From the NCBI GenBank assembly GCA_937625935.1, contig OW569383.1:186001-250000 (forward strand): 64,000 bases of DNA, in the 5' to 3' direction. This DNA comes from Tetramitus jugosus (taxonomy: Eukaryota; Protista; Heterolobosea). Shown piece after piece: positions 29,241 to 40,600 of the stretch. Positions within the stretch are counted from its first letter, which is position 1; each line of letters opens with the position of its first letter. The translations under genes were made by a program, and so were the position numbers. Below the pieces are notes generated by a model, which was not told where the DNA came from, searched no databases, and saw only the letters and a list, made by a program, of their open reading frames with translations.

Positions 29241-30131
29241 TCAGGCACTACAGATTTTCTGGACGAGCGAACTGCAGAAAAAAGTTTTCATCCAAGAGAT
29301 TCTCCCTTCTGCATCAACTTCTGTTGTGGTAGTCATTTCTTCGATCTGGTCGTCAATGTCCTTTACCTTTTGTACATACATCACTCTGAGTTGTCTCAAG
29401 TAATCAAGATTTTTCTTCCTCAGGTTCTGATTTTCTGTTTTGAGTCTTTTCACTTGTTCTGGTGCTGGATTGGTTTCCTCCTCTTCGTCGAGTGTACCGT
29501 CCCTGGGTCTCTTCGTCTTCGTTTCGTTGACAATACAAGCATAGCTACTCTTCATATCGAAGTGGTAGATGCTCGTGTAGAGGCCATCCTTCTTTTCAGT
29601 GACAGACACATCGCGAACCGCGGTTGTATCATTCTGACAGGAGACCTGAATCTCTGCACCACGATTGTACGTGCCGTCAACAGTCTTCATCTTGAGTAAG
29701 ATACCACCGTTAATATTATCTGGATCAATCAGCTCCATGCTCACACCACCATCACCGTCCATGGCAATTGGAAAACAATTGTGTTTATCGTCAGACAATT
29801 GCCAACCCTTGTAGCTACCATCCTTGGCACAGGAAGCAGCAGGTGCCGTAACCGGTGAACAAAAACTAATGTAGTAATTGTAGTTATCACGACCCTTGGC
29901 AATATAACCAGCGCTGTACATTTCTCAAGTATTAGGTCATTAATTAAAAAAAGGAAAGGATGACACCTTACAAAATTATTGAACATACCGGTTGGATAGA
30001 GGGTTCAAATTGAACAGGTAATCTTTACCCTTGACGGTGAAAGTCTTGATACAACTGTTGGCCAGTATTTGCACAGTGGCACACAACAAGAGTGCCGTGA
30101 AAAGAACGAGAATCGAGGATGGGAAGTTCAT
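29241..30131 (-). CDS. Signal peptide + MRH (mannose-6-phosphate receptor homology) domain + coiled coil; exons 30131-29989 and 29913-29241
   Basis: YLFNLNPL, YNYYISFCSPV, RGAEIQVSC, YHFDMKSSYAC; 75-nt intron GTATGT..ACAG joins in frame; 3' end uncertain. Confidence 0.72.
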
Positions 30132-30246
30132 TCAATTTTTTTGTTTCTTCCGGAAGTCCTCCCGAGGAGAAATTTTATTCCGACTGGTATAATTATGATA
30201 CAAAATGGCAACTTTTCATGTCAGTGCTCAACATGTACAACAAAGT

Positions 30247-31080
30247 CTACTCCTTTACGGCATTCGAATGCTGAAACAGTGGCGTATTGATGTTGCTCTT
30301 CACTGAATGAGGCAATAAATTCTCCAACTCTTCCAACCGTGCCAACAACACCATGACACCTTGTTGACTCTGTACGACACTGCGATTCAATCGCTCTGCG
30401 TCCCTTAGAGCTGCATTGAGCTTCTTTAGCTGTTCATTCTTGGCATTCAAATCCGCAACGAGCAACCCTGATTCCGATTCTGTGATTTGTAACCGATTTT
30501 GGACCGCTTGCTGACGTACGGCGATTCCGCGAGACTGTTGCATCGCATACGTTTGAAATTCTGCACACATGTCAATCAACGGTCTTTCATCGATTTGGTC
30601 AAGGTGCGGATCGAGTTCGTAGTTGGATCCAGAGGAGGAGGCAACGCCCGTGTTGGCCACCGCAGCAGCGATAAAGGACACTCCAGGGAGGGCAGTGGGT
30701 GCCCGCGAAGAAAAAATCGAAGAAGAGCTCTCTATTTTGTTTTTGAGAAGCGGATAAATATGGGGGAGGTTTTTGAGCTGTTCCATGGTTGACTCTTCTT
30801 CTTGTTGGGAGTCGAGGGTGTCTGGAAGCACATTTCCAAACATGTCGGTTATTGTATTTTCAAGCGGTGTCACGGATACAATGCCCTCCAATTCTCCTGC
30901 GTCGTGGTTTTTGCGTGGGTGATTTCCCGATGTCGGAGCGGGGTGACTCTCTTGTTGTTCGGCTTGGGAACTGGCCGTGGTAGGAACGGAGAATGATGTG
31001 TAGGGTGGCACTTCGTCCAAATTCAATAGGGGACTGTTGTTTTGCTGTTGTGCATCTCCTTTCGATTGATCTTGTCCCAT
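30247..31080 (-). CDS. BORCS5: BORC subunit 5 (myrlysin/LOH12CR1)-like
   Basis: Myristoylation start MGQDQS; LKNLPHIYPLLK; IDERPLIDMCAEFQ..IAVRQQAVQNRL; C-terminal LEELENLLP. Confidence 0.75.
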   Translation of the reverse strand: MGQDQSKGDAQQQNNSPLLNLDEVPPYTSFSVPTTASSQAEQQESHPAPTSGNHPRKNHDAGELEGIVSVTPLENTITDMFGNVLPDTLDSQQEEESTMEQLKNLPHIYPLLKNKIESSSSIFSSRAPTALPGVSFIAAAVANTGVASSSGSNYELDPHLDQIDERPLIDMCAEFQTYAMQQSRGIAVRQQAVQNRLQITESESGLLVADLNAKNEQLKKLNAALRDAERLNRSVVQSQQGVMVLLARLEELENLLPHSVKSNINTPLFQHSNAVKE

Positions 31081-31200
31081 TTTTCTTCTTTTTTTTTGTT
31101 GATTTGTTTTTTCGAAGTTTGGCAGAAAACTTGATTTTGTAATCGACAAGAGAAGTGTCAAGTAGTTTTGTTTGATTTTATTGTGTTTCAAATCCTGTTG

Positions 31201-32331
31201 TTAATCTGAAACTTCAAATTCTGAAAATCCATTCATGTCTTCGTCTTCCCATTCAACTGCTTGTTCATCGAACCAGGACTTGTCTCCACAATTGTCATGG
31301 AGAGAAACTTCTTCCATATCGAGGAAATCAAAGGGAGAGACTTCAGAAGAAACAAACTGGGCAATTTCTTGCTTCAGATTGTACAATGAGGCGTCTTCGT
31401 CGAATGGATTCAAATTCAATCCATCACTGTTGTTGAATGTTTGCAAGTTGGAGGCCGAGGAAGCAGGAGATGTTGGTGAAGATGGAGTAGGGCTCACAGA
31501 GGTAGAGGGTTGAGCTCCTGCTTCCTCTTCCTTGTGTAAATCTTCCTTGTTGTCTTCATACAACGACTTTAAAAGTGATTCCTGTTCCTTGTCCGACAAC
31601 TCCTGCATGAAACAACTTTGTCTCTTGTGATGTCGATGATGATCCTTCTTGGATAATTTGGATGATCGAGACCGGTTGTGATTGGATCTTGACACATTCT
31701 TGTTGTTGAAATGGCTTGATGATGACGATGATACTTTTTGTAAGCAACCGTCAAGGAGGCTACCGTAACTCACACACAAATTATCGTTTCCGACCATGGA
31801 TCGATAGCTGTTTTCACAATAGTGGCAAAATTGAGGAAAGGAATAGAGGCTGTAGGTCTGAGCTGGCTGCCCCATTGCAGAATGATACCACTCTGCACCA
31901 TATTTACACAAGTAGGAGTACTCCATGGAAGAGCAGTCCATGAAATCAATGGGAACACCATCCCGGATATCCCAAATCGTCTTGACATGCACTCTCTGAA
32001 ACAGAGGCATCGAAACACCTCTTCTCACAAACATGTCTCTATAGTAGACGTCAACTTCATCTACAGTTTCCATTCTGTTGCTGTCAGATGAGTCAATCGA
32101 TAGAATGGTTCTAACGATACGACCAATGAACAGTGGCACATTGGTCTCTCCTCGTGGAAACAACGATTCTGCTTCGTTATAGTACGAGTAGATATGAAGG
32201 GCTTGTTCATAAGCATGGACAATATGCTTAATGTGTGGTTCTTCTTCTTTGCCGAGCCAAAAGGGCAGCACGGTGACCTGAAAGGACGAAGAAGCTTCTT
32301 CTTGTTTGGCTTGTTGTTGTAGGTAGGTCAT
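31201..32331 (-). CDS. Hypothetical protein (376 aa): globular aromatic-rich N-half, acidic disordered C-half
   Basis: Long ORF; no family recognised. Confidence 0.65.
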   Translation of the reverse strand: MTYLQQQAKQEEASSSFQVTVLPFWLGKEEEPHIKHIVHAYEQALHIYSYYNEAESLFPRGETNVPLFIGRIVRTILSIDSSDSNRMETVDEVDVYYRDMFVRRGVSMPLFQRVHVKTIWDIRDGVPIDFMDCSSMEYSYLCKYGAEWYHSAMGQPAQTYSLYSFPQFCHYCENSYRSMVGNDNLCVSYGSLLDGCLQKVSSSSSSHFNNKNVSRSNHNRSRSSKLSKKDHHRHHKRQSCFMQELSDKEQESLLKSLYEDNKEDLHKEEEAGAQPSTSVSPTPSSPTSPASSASNLQTFNNSDGLNLNPFDEDASLYNLKQEIAQFVSSEVSPFDFLDMEEVSLHDNCGDKSWFDEQAVEWEDEDMNGFSEFEVSD

Positions 32332-32918
32332 TTCTGAACTTGAACTAATTTCTTTTCTTCTATGCTTTCAGAAATCTGAAACCGTTCAAAATGTCCTTTG
32401 CTCTGGGATTGCGCGGGAAAAAATCTCTTCGCCGTTTCGGTTCGTATCTCCGGACTTTCGGAAAATTATGAATACAAAGAAATGCCCACTTTTTTTGATT
32501 CAACAAAGGTGAGGCCAATGCAGTAGTGTTTTACTTGGTAACGAATCTGAAGTGCAACTGAGTTGTGCGAGTGGAAATTTGTGCAACTGACAGTCTGAAC
32601 TGATGGATTGGTTTTTTATTGGTATTACAAATCAACTTTGTATTCCAATTTATTGAAAGCTAACAATGGGAGATCCTTTCTAAGAATACAACCATTAAGA
32701 GCGGATAGCGTGTTATTTTGTCCCTTGAACTATTTTAATTCAGGAACGATTGTTTCCAGAAGTTCCAAACTAAAAACCACAGAAAGAAAAATGGTTCCGC
32801 GGACATGTCTCATGATCGGGAGTTTTTCTCGGGTTTAATAATTAGAAATGGGAATTCCTAATCTATGTACAGAATTTGTACAGTCCTGAGGTCCGTGATC
32901 GTTCAAATGAACGGTGAC

Positions 32919-34145
32919 TTATTGTGTTGGTTGAACCACTTTCCAGTAGTGCATGGCATGATCGTAGAAGGAGCAACTGCAAACATAGTCATCCTCACCG
33001 TTGTCCGTATTCAATCTCCAGTCAACGCCATAGGCAAGAGATTCATGTTCTCCATAGGATGCAACAATTTCCTGTTCTTCCAGATTCAACACATGGAATC
33101 CGTTGTGCATGCAAGCAGCAAGTAACAAGTCCTTATTGGTCTTGTGCCACTTCAATCTCCATACTCCACCACCCATGTGATACTCACTGAGTGGGGATCT
33201 ACCAGGTCTCAGCATACGCACATCCCACACTCTCACATGTTCATCATAGCTACCACTGGCAAACAAGTTAGGATCATGAGGACAAGACTGCAAACTGCAC
33301 ACACCTGCTCCGTGACTTCGATTGACAAAAGCAGGTGTTTCATAGCCGACTCTGCTGTCCCAGCCCTTCATCAATGCATCATCACCTCCCGTATATATGA
33401 AATCAAACGAAGTTGTATGATAATTGAATGCACCGATCCAAGCTTCAAAATTATGTGCCTTCCAGGTGTCCAAAACAGTTAATTCAGACGGCGTAAACTG
33501 AACCAAACTCGCATTACCATCACTCTGTGTCACAATCAACTTTATATTGCTCTCATCATGATTCACTCGATTGTTCCAATCAATTGACAAGCACATGTTC
33601 TCGGCCTTTTTCTCATAGCTCTCTCCCAGTTTATCAAACGAAATTTGATGCTCTGTCAAGAAGCGCTTCTCTCGTGCTTCTTCATCGACTTGTTCTTCTT
33701 CTCCACCTTCTTCTTCTACTCTTCCACTGTCTGGAAACACATGACTCACTCGTTCATTCAACTCTGTTCCCTCCATCGAAAACAATCGTAGCGAAGCATC
33801 CGCTCCCGCCATTGCCAACCAAGGTTTCTCCGCTATGGCGTGATAACTCCACTTGATGTCAAAAATAGCAGTCGTATCAAAATTGTGCAGGAGCTTGAGT
33901 TGCGACGATTGACCCATATCACTATCGGAACAAGTAGTTTGAAATGAAAACAATCGACCAAGCCTTTGGTTCTTGGAAGGATCCAATTGGTAGGTACCAC
34001 ACAAGACAATGTGATTGAATGAGTCGATGGGGCACCATTCGATGCAATCTGCGGTCAGCTCTGTGTCAAAGGTGAAGAAGGGTCCCTGAACGTTCTTGTT
34101 CTCTGTCTTTTGCATTTTTGTTACTTCCGTTCCGTTGTTTAACAT
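32919..34145 (-). CDS. DPH7: Diphthine methylesterase, WD40 (WDR85)
   Basis: ADCIEWCP, CGTYQL, WKAHNFEAW, TGGDD, GGGVWRLKWH, ACMHNGF, HESLAYGVDW, CSFYD. Confidence 0.93.
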   Translation of the reverse strand: MLNNGTEVTKMQKTENKNVQGPFFTFDTELTADCIEWCPIDSFNHIVLCGTYQLDPSKNQRLGRLFSFQTTCSDSDMGQSSQLKLLHNFDTTAIFDIKWSYHAIAEKPWLAMAGADASLRLFSMEGTELNERVSHVFPDSGRVEEEGGEEEQVDEEAREKRFLTEHQISFDKLGESYEKKAENMCLSIDWNNRVNHDESNIKLIVTQSDGNASLVQFTPSELTVLDTWKAHNFEAWIGAFNYHTTSFDFIYTGGDDALMKGWDSRVGYETPAFVNRSHGAGVCSLQSCPHDPNLFASGSYDEHVRVWDVRMLRPGRSPLSEYHMGGGVWRLKWHKTNKDLLLAACMHNGFHVLNLEEQEIVASYGEHESLAYGVDWRLNTDNGEDDYVCSCSFYDHAMHYWKVVQPTQ

Positions 34146-34723
34146 GGCGGACGAACCTGCTGAATAATCCCCGACCTTTCCGACAACTGTTATTTGTTAG
34201 GGTTCTGTAAATTCATTGGACTCCGAATACTTCAGCAATTTTTTTATTTAGACTTGATACAACGCGAATCTCCAACATTCACTTAACCATTGGATGTGGT
34301 GAGATCTGGTCTCCATTACCCTTCCAACGTAAACAATGAATGGTCAATTTTGTCAGTTGAAGGTCTGGATTCCCAGCAGGAAAACCCCGCCATGGAAAGA
34401 GAATCTCTACTTCCAGGCAATCTTCTACGTCGCCTCTGTATCGGCCGAAGACCAACTTCTTTGAGGAAGAACTAGGCCTCTGACAGCTTATTCGAACAGC
34501 AACCATCCAATCTCATCTGTCGCAGCTCGCACCCACCTCTCTTCCTTTCAGCAAACGCCCAGAATTTTTCAGAACAACCTACATCGAACAACACTGACAA
34601 CAATAACAAGAATAACAACTGACCTTACTTTACCTGGAATGCAACTCACTTCATCGTTATAAAAACCACCATCCAACAACAACAACAACCACAACCACAT
34701 CAACAACAACAACAAAAACATCC

Positions 34724-37264
34724 ATGTCATCGTCATCATCATACCAACAAACTTTCAACAACAATAATGCATCATCGTCGTTATTCTCAACAGCACACCA
34801 TAATGTGCACCATCCAAATGACATACCCTATCACTTTTCATTCATTGACATGAAACGAGTCAGTTTCGAATCAACAGTCATGTCCGTATTCCTCATGGTA
34901 TTTTTCACGTTTGGCACACTGTCCACCCTTGTGAATTGCGCGCTCATTCGCCTGTACAATTACAAAAAATGTCAACAGCAGCAAAAAAAGAAGCGACAAA
35001 AGCTTTCCAAAAGCTCGAACTTTTTACAACGACACAAGAGCACCAACAATGACGTTGATGATGACAATTGGAGTGAAACAACAAGGTATCAAGAAGAACA
35101 AGAAGAACAAGAAGAAGAAGGAAGAGCTACAGTGAGTCAACCTCTCGTCACAGAAGCAGAACAAGATGACATGATGATAATGACTGGTGGCATGTCAATC
35201 AAGCAACGCTTGTTTTTGACACTTTGGGCACTATTTTGGATCGTTTACACACCATTGACCATACTTTCTGCCTTGTCTGAATTTCCAGTGTACTATTCGA
35301 TGATGATTGAAACTTTTTGCTCTGTTCTCGTGTTGATCCATGTGCTTATCATTGGTCCAATGTTGCGAACGAGGAAAATCAGAAGAAACAGTTCTGCCAA
35401 TATTTTGGTTCATCAGGATGTTGCTATTGTGAAGAAACAGCAAGTCTTGTCTAGAGTGGTCACTCGATTGTCAACTGATTGTTCACGGATCAAGAGAGTT
35501 GTTGAAAAGAGACTGAGTTTGAATTCCTTGGGTGGTGTGGACGAAGAGGGAACAGAAGAATGTGATACGCGTAGTTTGTTGCGACATGGTGAATCAGAGG
35601 CAAGTGAATCTCTGTGTTCGAGTAGTCACCACGTGATGGGTGATGGTCAATCATCATTGAACAATGATAAGAGTAGACATCATTTGGTGCGCGACTATGG
35701 AACGAGTCCATCAGACGAGCCACAAGCACAACATGATGAGAATGGATCGGGTGAAGGACCAACGATTTCCAATTATCAAGGAAAGAGATGTTCCATTGCA
35801 TCATCGGATGAAGTGTTCAACAACACTGGCGGTGTAGTCGATGTAGAACAAGGTGAACTCCAGAGCAAATCTCAGAGTTCTCATCAGTTGTCTTGCGGAA
35901 GAGGTATTCTACTGTTAGTATCAATAGTTTTGCTGTCTGCTTTGGGCGCTTTTCTGTATACGCTGCCAACGTGTCAAATATGCTTTACATTGCGGCCGTT
36001 CACTCTTTCGAGTGCAATGACTCGACTATTCTTCCCGACGACTGCCGTATCAAATAAGAATTCAGTGTGCAAGTGGAACACGATATGTCGAACATACTTT
36101 ACAGTGACAGAAGATATTAGCACATCTATGATTATCAATTTTCATTCGTATTCACGCAAACCGACAGAAGCGTATGTGTTGCTGCAACAAGAAGGCAGTG
36201 AACAAGTTGTTCGATACAATGCGACATTTTTTCGAATGAAGCAAATTCCAGTGCAAGAAAGGTATCAATATTGGGCCGATTTGACGAACTTGACTCCTGA
36301 TACCACTTATATAATACAAGATGTGATTGTTAAAGTGGGAGACAAGCTGGTGAACAACATTATTGAACATTCTGTCAAGTTCAGAACTGGCCCAGATAGT
36401 CACTCTAATAAGTCCATTGCCTTTGTTTCAGGTGGAGATATGGAGTGGGGCAAAGCTGGAATCTCATTGAGCAAGTATGCAGCTTCACAGGACGATATAT
36501 TGTTTGCTGCTATCGGAGGTGATATCGCATATGAAAATGCTATACCCTCATGTTTCATGAGATATGACGAATGGTTCTTCAACTGGAATTCCATCATGAC
36601 AACAAAGAGTGGTCACTCCATACCCATTTTGACCACGATTGGAAATCACGAGGCTGGAGGCTGGAGAAAGACGAGATCCTATGTACCATTTTACTTCCAC
36701 TACTTTCCACATCAGATAGGTATTCAAGACGTTGATCCTGCTCATCGAAGTGCTTATCACAAACATATTTTTGCCGGTCACACATCATTGATCATTTTGG
36801 ATTCATATGTAGTGACTCCTATCATTGGTGAACAGAAGAAATGGTTAATAGATACCTTGCAAAACTCAACCCAAAACAATAGATTGGCACTCTATCATGC
36901 ATCAGCATTCCCTGCTCATTTATCCGAGATTAGAGATATCACATCAGAGTTGCAGAATCACTATGTACCGCTATTTGAAGAGTATAACTTGAAAGCTGTT
37001 TATGAGCACCACTATCATTGTCTGGCTAATACCCATCCGATTAGAAACGGAAAGATTGATCCAACTGGTGTCCGATACTTGGGACAAGGTAGCTGGGGTG
37101 TTTCTCCTCGACAATCAATTGATACTAGGTGGTGGAGTGATGACCATGCAAGCGTAGAGCATGTCCTCTATACTCGTTGTTCTGCCGAGCAATGTGATGT
37201 TCATACTTTCGCCTTTGATCATCACTCGGGTGAAACCGTGATTCGATCAACCATTCATATCTAA
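34724..37264 (+). CDS. Membrane-anchored purple-acid-phosphatase-like metallophosphoesterase
   Basis: About 4 N-terminal TM segments, FN3-like LTNLTPDTTY..FRTGP, then GGD, GGDIAY, GNHE, LYH, EHHYH. Confidence 0.85.
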   Translation: MSSSSSYQQTFNNNNASSSLFSTAHHNVHHPNDIPYHFSFIDMKRVSFESTVMSVFLMVFFTFGTLSTLVNCALIRLYNYKKCQQQQKKKRQKLSKSSNFLQRHKSTNNDVDDDNWSETTRYQEEQEEQEEEGRATVSQPLVTEAEQDDMMIMTGGMSIKQRLFLTLWALFWIVYTPLTILSALSEFPVYYSMMIETFCSVLVLIHVLIIGPMLRTRKIRRNSSANILVHQDVAIVKKQQVLSRVVTRLSTDCSRIKRVVEKRLSLNSLGGVDEEGTEECDTRSLLRHGESEASESLCSSSHHVMGDGQSSLNNDKSRHHLVRDYGTSPSDEPQAQHDENGSGEGPTISNYQGKRCSIASSDEVFNNTGGVVDVEQGELQSKSQSSHQLSCGRGILLLVSIVLLSALGAFLYTLPTCQICFTLRPFTLSSAMTRLFFPTTAVSNKNSVCKWNTICRTYFTVTEDISTSMIINFHSYSRKPTEAYVLLQQEGSEQVVRYNATFFRMKQIPVQERYQYWADLTNLTPDTTYIIQDVIVKVGDKLVNNIIEHSVKFRTGPDSHSNKSIAFVSGGDMEWGKAGISLSKYAASQDDILFAAIGGDIAYENAIPSCFMRYDEWFFNWNSIMTTKSGHSIPILTTIGNHEAGGWRKTRSYVPFYFHYFPHQIGIQDVDPAHRSAYHKHIFAGHTSLIILDSYVVTPIIGEQKKWLIDTLQNSTQNNRLALYHASAFPAHLSEIRDITSELQNHYVPLFEEYNLKAVYEHHYHCLANTHPIRNGKIDPTGVRYLGQGSWGVSPRQSIDTRWWSDDHASVEHVLYTRCSAEQCDVHTFAFDHHSGETVIRSTIHI

Positions 37265-37613
37265 TTAATGCACTAATGCACTAATGCACAGCAATGGAGT
37301 GTTTCTTATAATAAACCCTGCTGCTTAAATGATACTCGATAGTCTTGTTTCCAAGTATTCACGTTTACTTGATCTGAAAGGCATCGATGAGTGGTATCTC
37401 TTCTTCGGAGTTGTACATGCAAGTTGCTTCAACAGGAGAAAGACCTACATCTTCGTTTGGTTTGTTTGATCTCAAAAAGTAAAGAGCGATATCGTAGATG
37501 ACAGTTTTTCTGTAATTTCAGAACGGCGCGAATTCTGTCTCTCGGCTATTCCAGAGTTTTCTCGAAGTCACAAGCTTTCACAGACAAACTGAAAGAACCA
37601 CACAGAACGCACA

Positions 37614-40600
37614 ATGAGAAGAAATGGAAACGCACCTGATCACAACAACAACAAAAGATCCATTCTCACCATTCGTTCACCCCAGAACAACAACAACACA
37701 AGCAATCATTCAAATTCAATAGTACAGCATCAATGTTCAACATCAAATTCCCCTGCTTCTGCTATTGTGAACGCCACAACCACAACAGCAACAACAACGA
37801 CCAATAATCCCTTTGTTCATCAATCACTCTCTACTAATAACAACAATCAACATCATCGTCATAGCCATAGTAGTAGCAATAGAGCTCCATTGACATTTAC
37901 AAACAACAACATCAATAATCGCATCAGTAGCAACAGCAATAGTAGTATTAGTAGCAATACCCATCACAATACCAATCAACAGAGCAATATTCGTCCTTTT
38001 CATCATCATCAACATACGAATAGTAGTGTTGGTGGTAGTAGTAGTAGTAGTAATAGCAGTAGCAATCGAAGTGGATCCACTTCATCATCCTTGTCATCTT
38101 CGACAACACTGTTAGCGAACAGTGACAAGTATGATGATTCACAATTGTCTGCCATTGAAAGTGACATTCATACGCCATTGATCATCTCTGCGGGTCCTGG
38201 TTCAGGAAAGACGCGAACATTGTGTGGTCGCATTGTTCATTTATTGCACAAGGGAGTCAAGGCTCACGAGATTTTAACATTGACATTCTCAAGAAGTGCT
38301 GCACAAGAGATGGAACATCGTATAGATGACATGAGTCTCGATTTACCTGGTTATGACACTCAATCCATCAAGGTTTCAACGTTCCATGCGTTTTGTTTGA
38401 GTGTTTTGCACGGTAATTTGGAAACATTGGACCCGAATATGAAAAACTTTTCGATTGCGACACGAAGTCAACAATTGAGTTTTTTGAAGGAATCCATTCT
38501 CAAATTCAATTACAAGATTACAAAGGGAAAGGAGTTGGAGCCGGATGATCCATTGAATGAAGAGTTGATGAAGAAGGAGGATGCTAATTGGTTATTGAAC
38601 TGGATTGCCAAGCAAAAGTGTCGTGGGGTGTTGCACACGGAGCTATCGAATCATAAGAATGGATTCTTTTATGAGTATTATGCGAGTCAATTGGTTTCGA
38701 ATCGATTGATTGATTTTATGGATATGATATTGATGACGATTGATTTGTTTGAGAGCAATGCCGATCTCGCTGCAAAATACTCGAACCGTTACAAGTTTAT
38801 ATTGGTTGATGAGTTTCAGGATTTGAATCCCTCACAGTTCAAGATATTGATGTTCTTGTTGACAAGGCACAGAAATATTACCATTGTGGGAGATGATGAC
38901 CAATCAATTTATGGCTTCAGAGGAGGAACATCAAAACTTTTTGCTCATTTTAGATCTTCATTCCCTGATCATATCGAAAAACAGCTTCAAATCAATTATC
39001 GTAGTACAATGAGCATAGTGAAAGCATCTCAATCATTGATTCAATACAATCGAAATCGAACTAAAAAGTACATTTCGACATTCAATGAAGTGGGAGACAA
39101 AATTAGAATCAAAGGTGTTCACTCCACCGAAGAGGAAGTGGATTTTATCTCTGGTTGTATAAAAACATTAGTATCAAATGGCAGTTCTTATCGGGATATT
39201 GCCATCTTATCAAGGTTGCATAAGAATGCACTGAGTAAGTACGAGGATGAAATGAAGAAGCGTGGTATTCCTTTTGTTCGCGTTAGGAAAAAGGGATTTT
39301 CAGATAGAGAGATTATTCGAATCATTCTTGGTTACATGTCGTTGACTGTGAATGAGTTTGATGATGAATCGTTTAGAAAAGTTGTGAATACACCTAGTCG
39401 AGGGATTGGAGAGGCAGCACAATTGTATCTCGAGAATTTTAAAAGAGAGAGCAAACGGAAGAGTTTATTGCAAGCACTAAGGCATGCCGAGAAGACTGCC
39501 TATCCTCGAACAAGATCCGCACATAAAGTGAATAAGAAGGTTCAAGGTGCTCTCACTAAGTTTCTGAATCTAATTGATGAATTTTCGGATAGCAGCCAGA
39601 AACTCAGCATAAAAGGACTCATTAGTGTTGTTGCTGATGGTATTGGCTGTGAGAGTTTTGCTGAGAAATCGAAAAATAAGGAGCAAAAGGCAAGAGAAGT
39701 AAAGAAGAAAGTAATGGTAAGAAGAGGTCAAACACAGAATGACGACGACGATGCAGAGATGGAGGATATCGAAATTGAATACAACGTAGAGGAAAATTTA
39801 ACACATCTTGTCAATTCGGCTGTGCAGTACACAAACGAGAGATATGATGATTCAGCTGCCGAACTAATGACCGTATCGGAGCGAGTTGATTTGTTGAAGG
39901 CTTTCATCGATGTGACCCGAGCCGAGGAAGACGAGAGAGAGTTACTTGAGAAACAGGGAGATCCTGATGCGATAACGATCACCACTATTCATGGTGCGAA
40001 GGGTTTAGAGTGGAAACATTGCTTTATTGTTCGTTCTAATCAAGGGATGATGCCAATTATGTACCGGGGAGAAAACGACACCGATCAGGAATATGACAAC
40101 AAAGAAGAGCACTTTGAAGAAGAACGAAGATTATTTTATGTGGCTCTGTCACGAGCCAAGAAGACATCTTGTATTACATATGTTCTCGCGAATGAAAAGG
40201 ATCGTCCATCTATGTTTATTGAACAAATTGGACGTGAATATGTAGTTACTGATCAGACAGAGGCTGCTAACAAATCTAATCTTCCCTCTAGCCGAATGTT
40301 TAATCCACGCGGTAATCCAAATCCAGTTCAACCATCAAGTGTCCATCAACAACCTACGTTAGCAAACCAGACTGCCGTAATTCCACAACAGAAGAAACAG
40401 TTCAAACCTGTCCCCTTGCCATCAAAGTTCGAGGGATTTACGTCTAGAAGTAATAATTCTAATCCTTCCCCTAACCAAACTGTTCCGGCAAGAAGTTTTA
40501 AGCCAATCGAAATACCGAAGAAGAACATTCCATCATCAACTAACACTTCCATCACAACAGTACATACCCTGAGAACTCCCAAGCAAGAGAATTCAACCAT

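Noticed and set aside
29241-29243. Selenocysteine or readthrough at the TGA of the MRH gene
   Set aside because: In-frame continuation is only 8 codons and no SECIS was recognised
34279-34506. Small ORFs between DPH7 and the phosphatase
   Set aside because: Non-ATG or short, no recognisable motifs; probably promoter/UTR
37266-37289. (TAATGCAC)3 tandem repeat
   Set aside because: Short simple repeat in a 3' UTR; no spacers, not CRISPR-like
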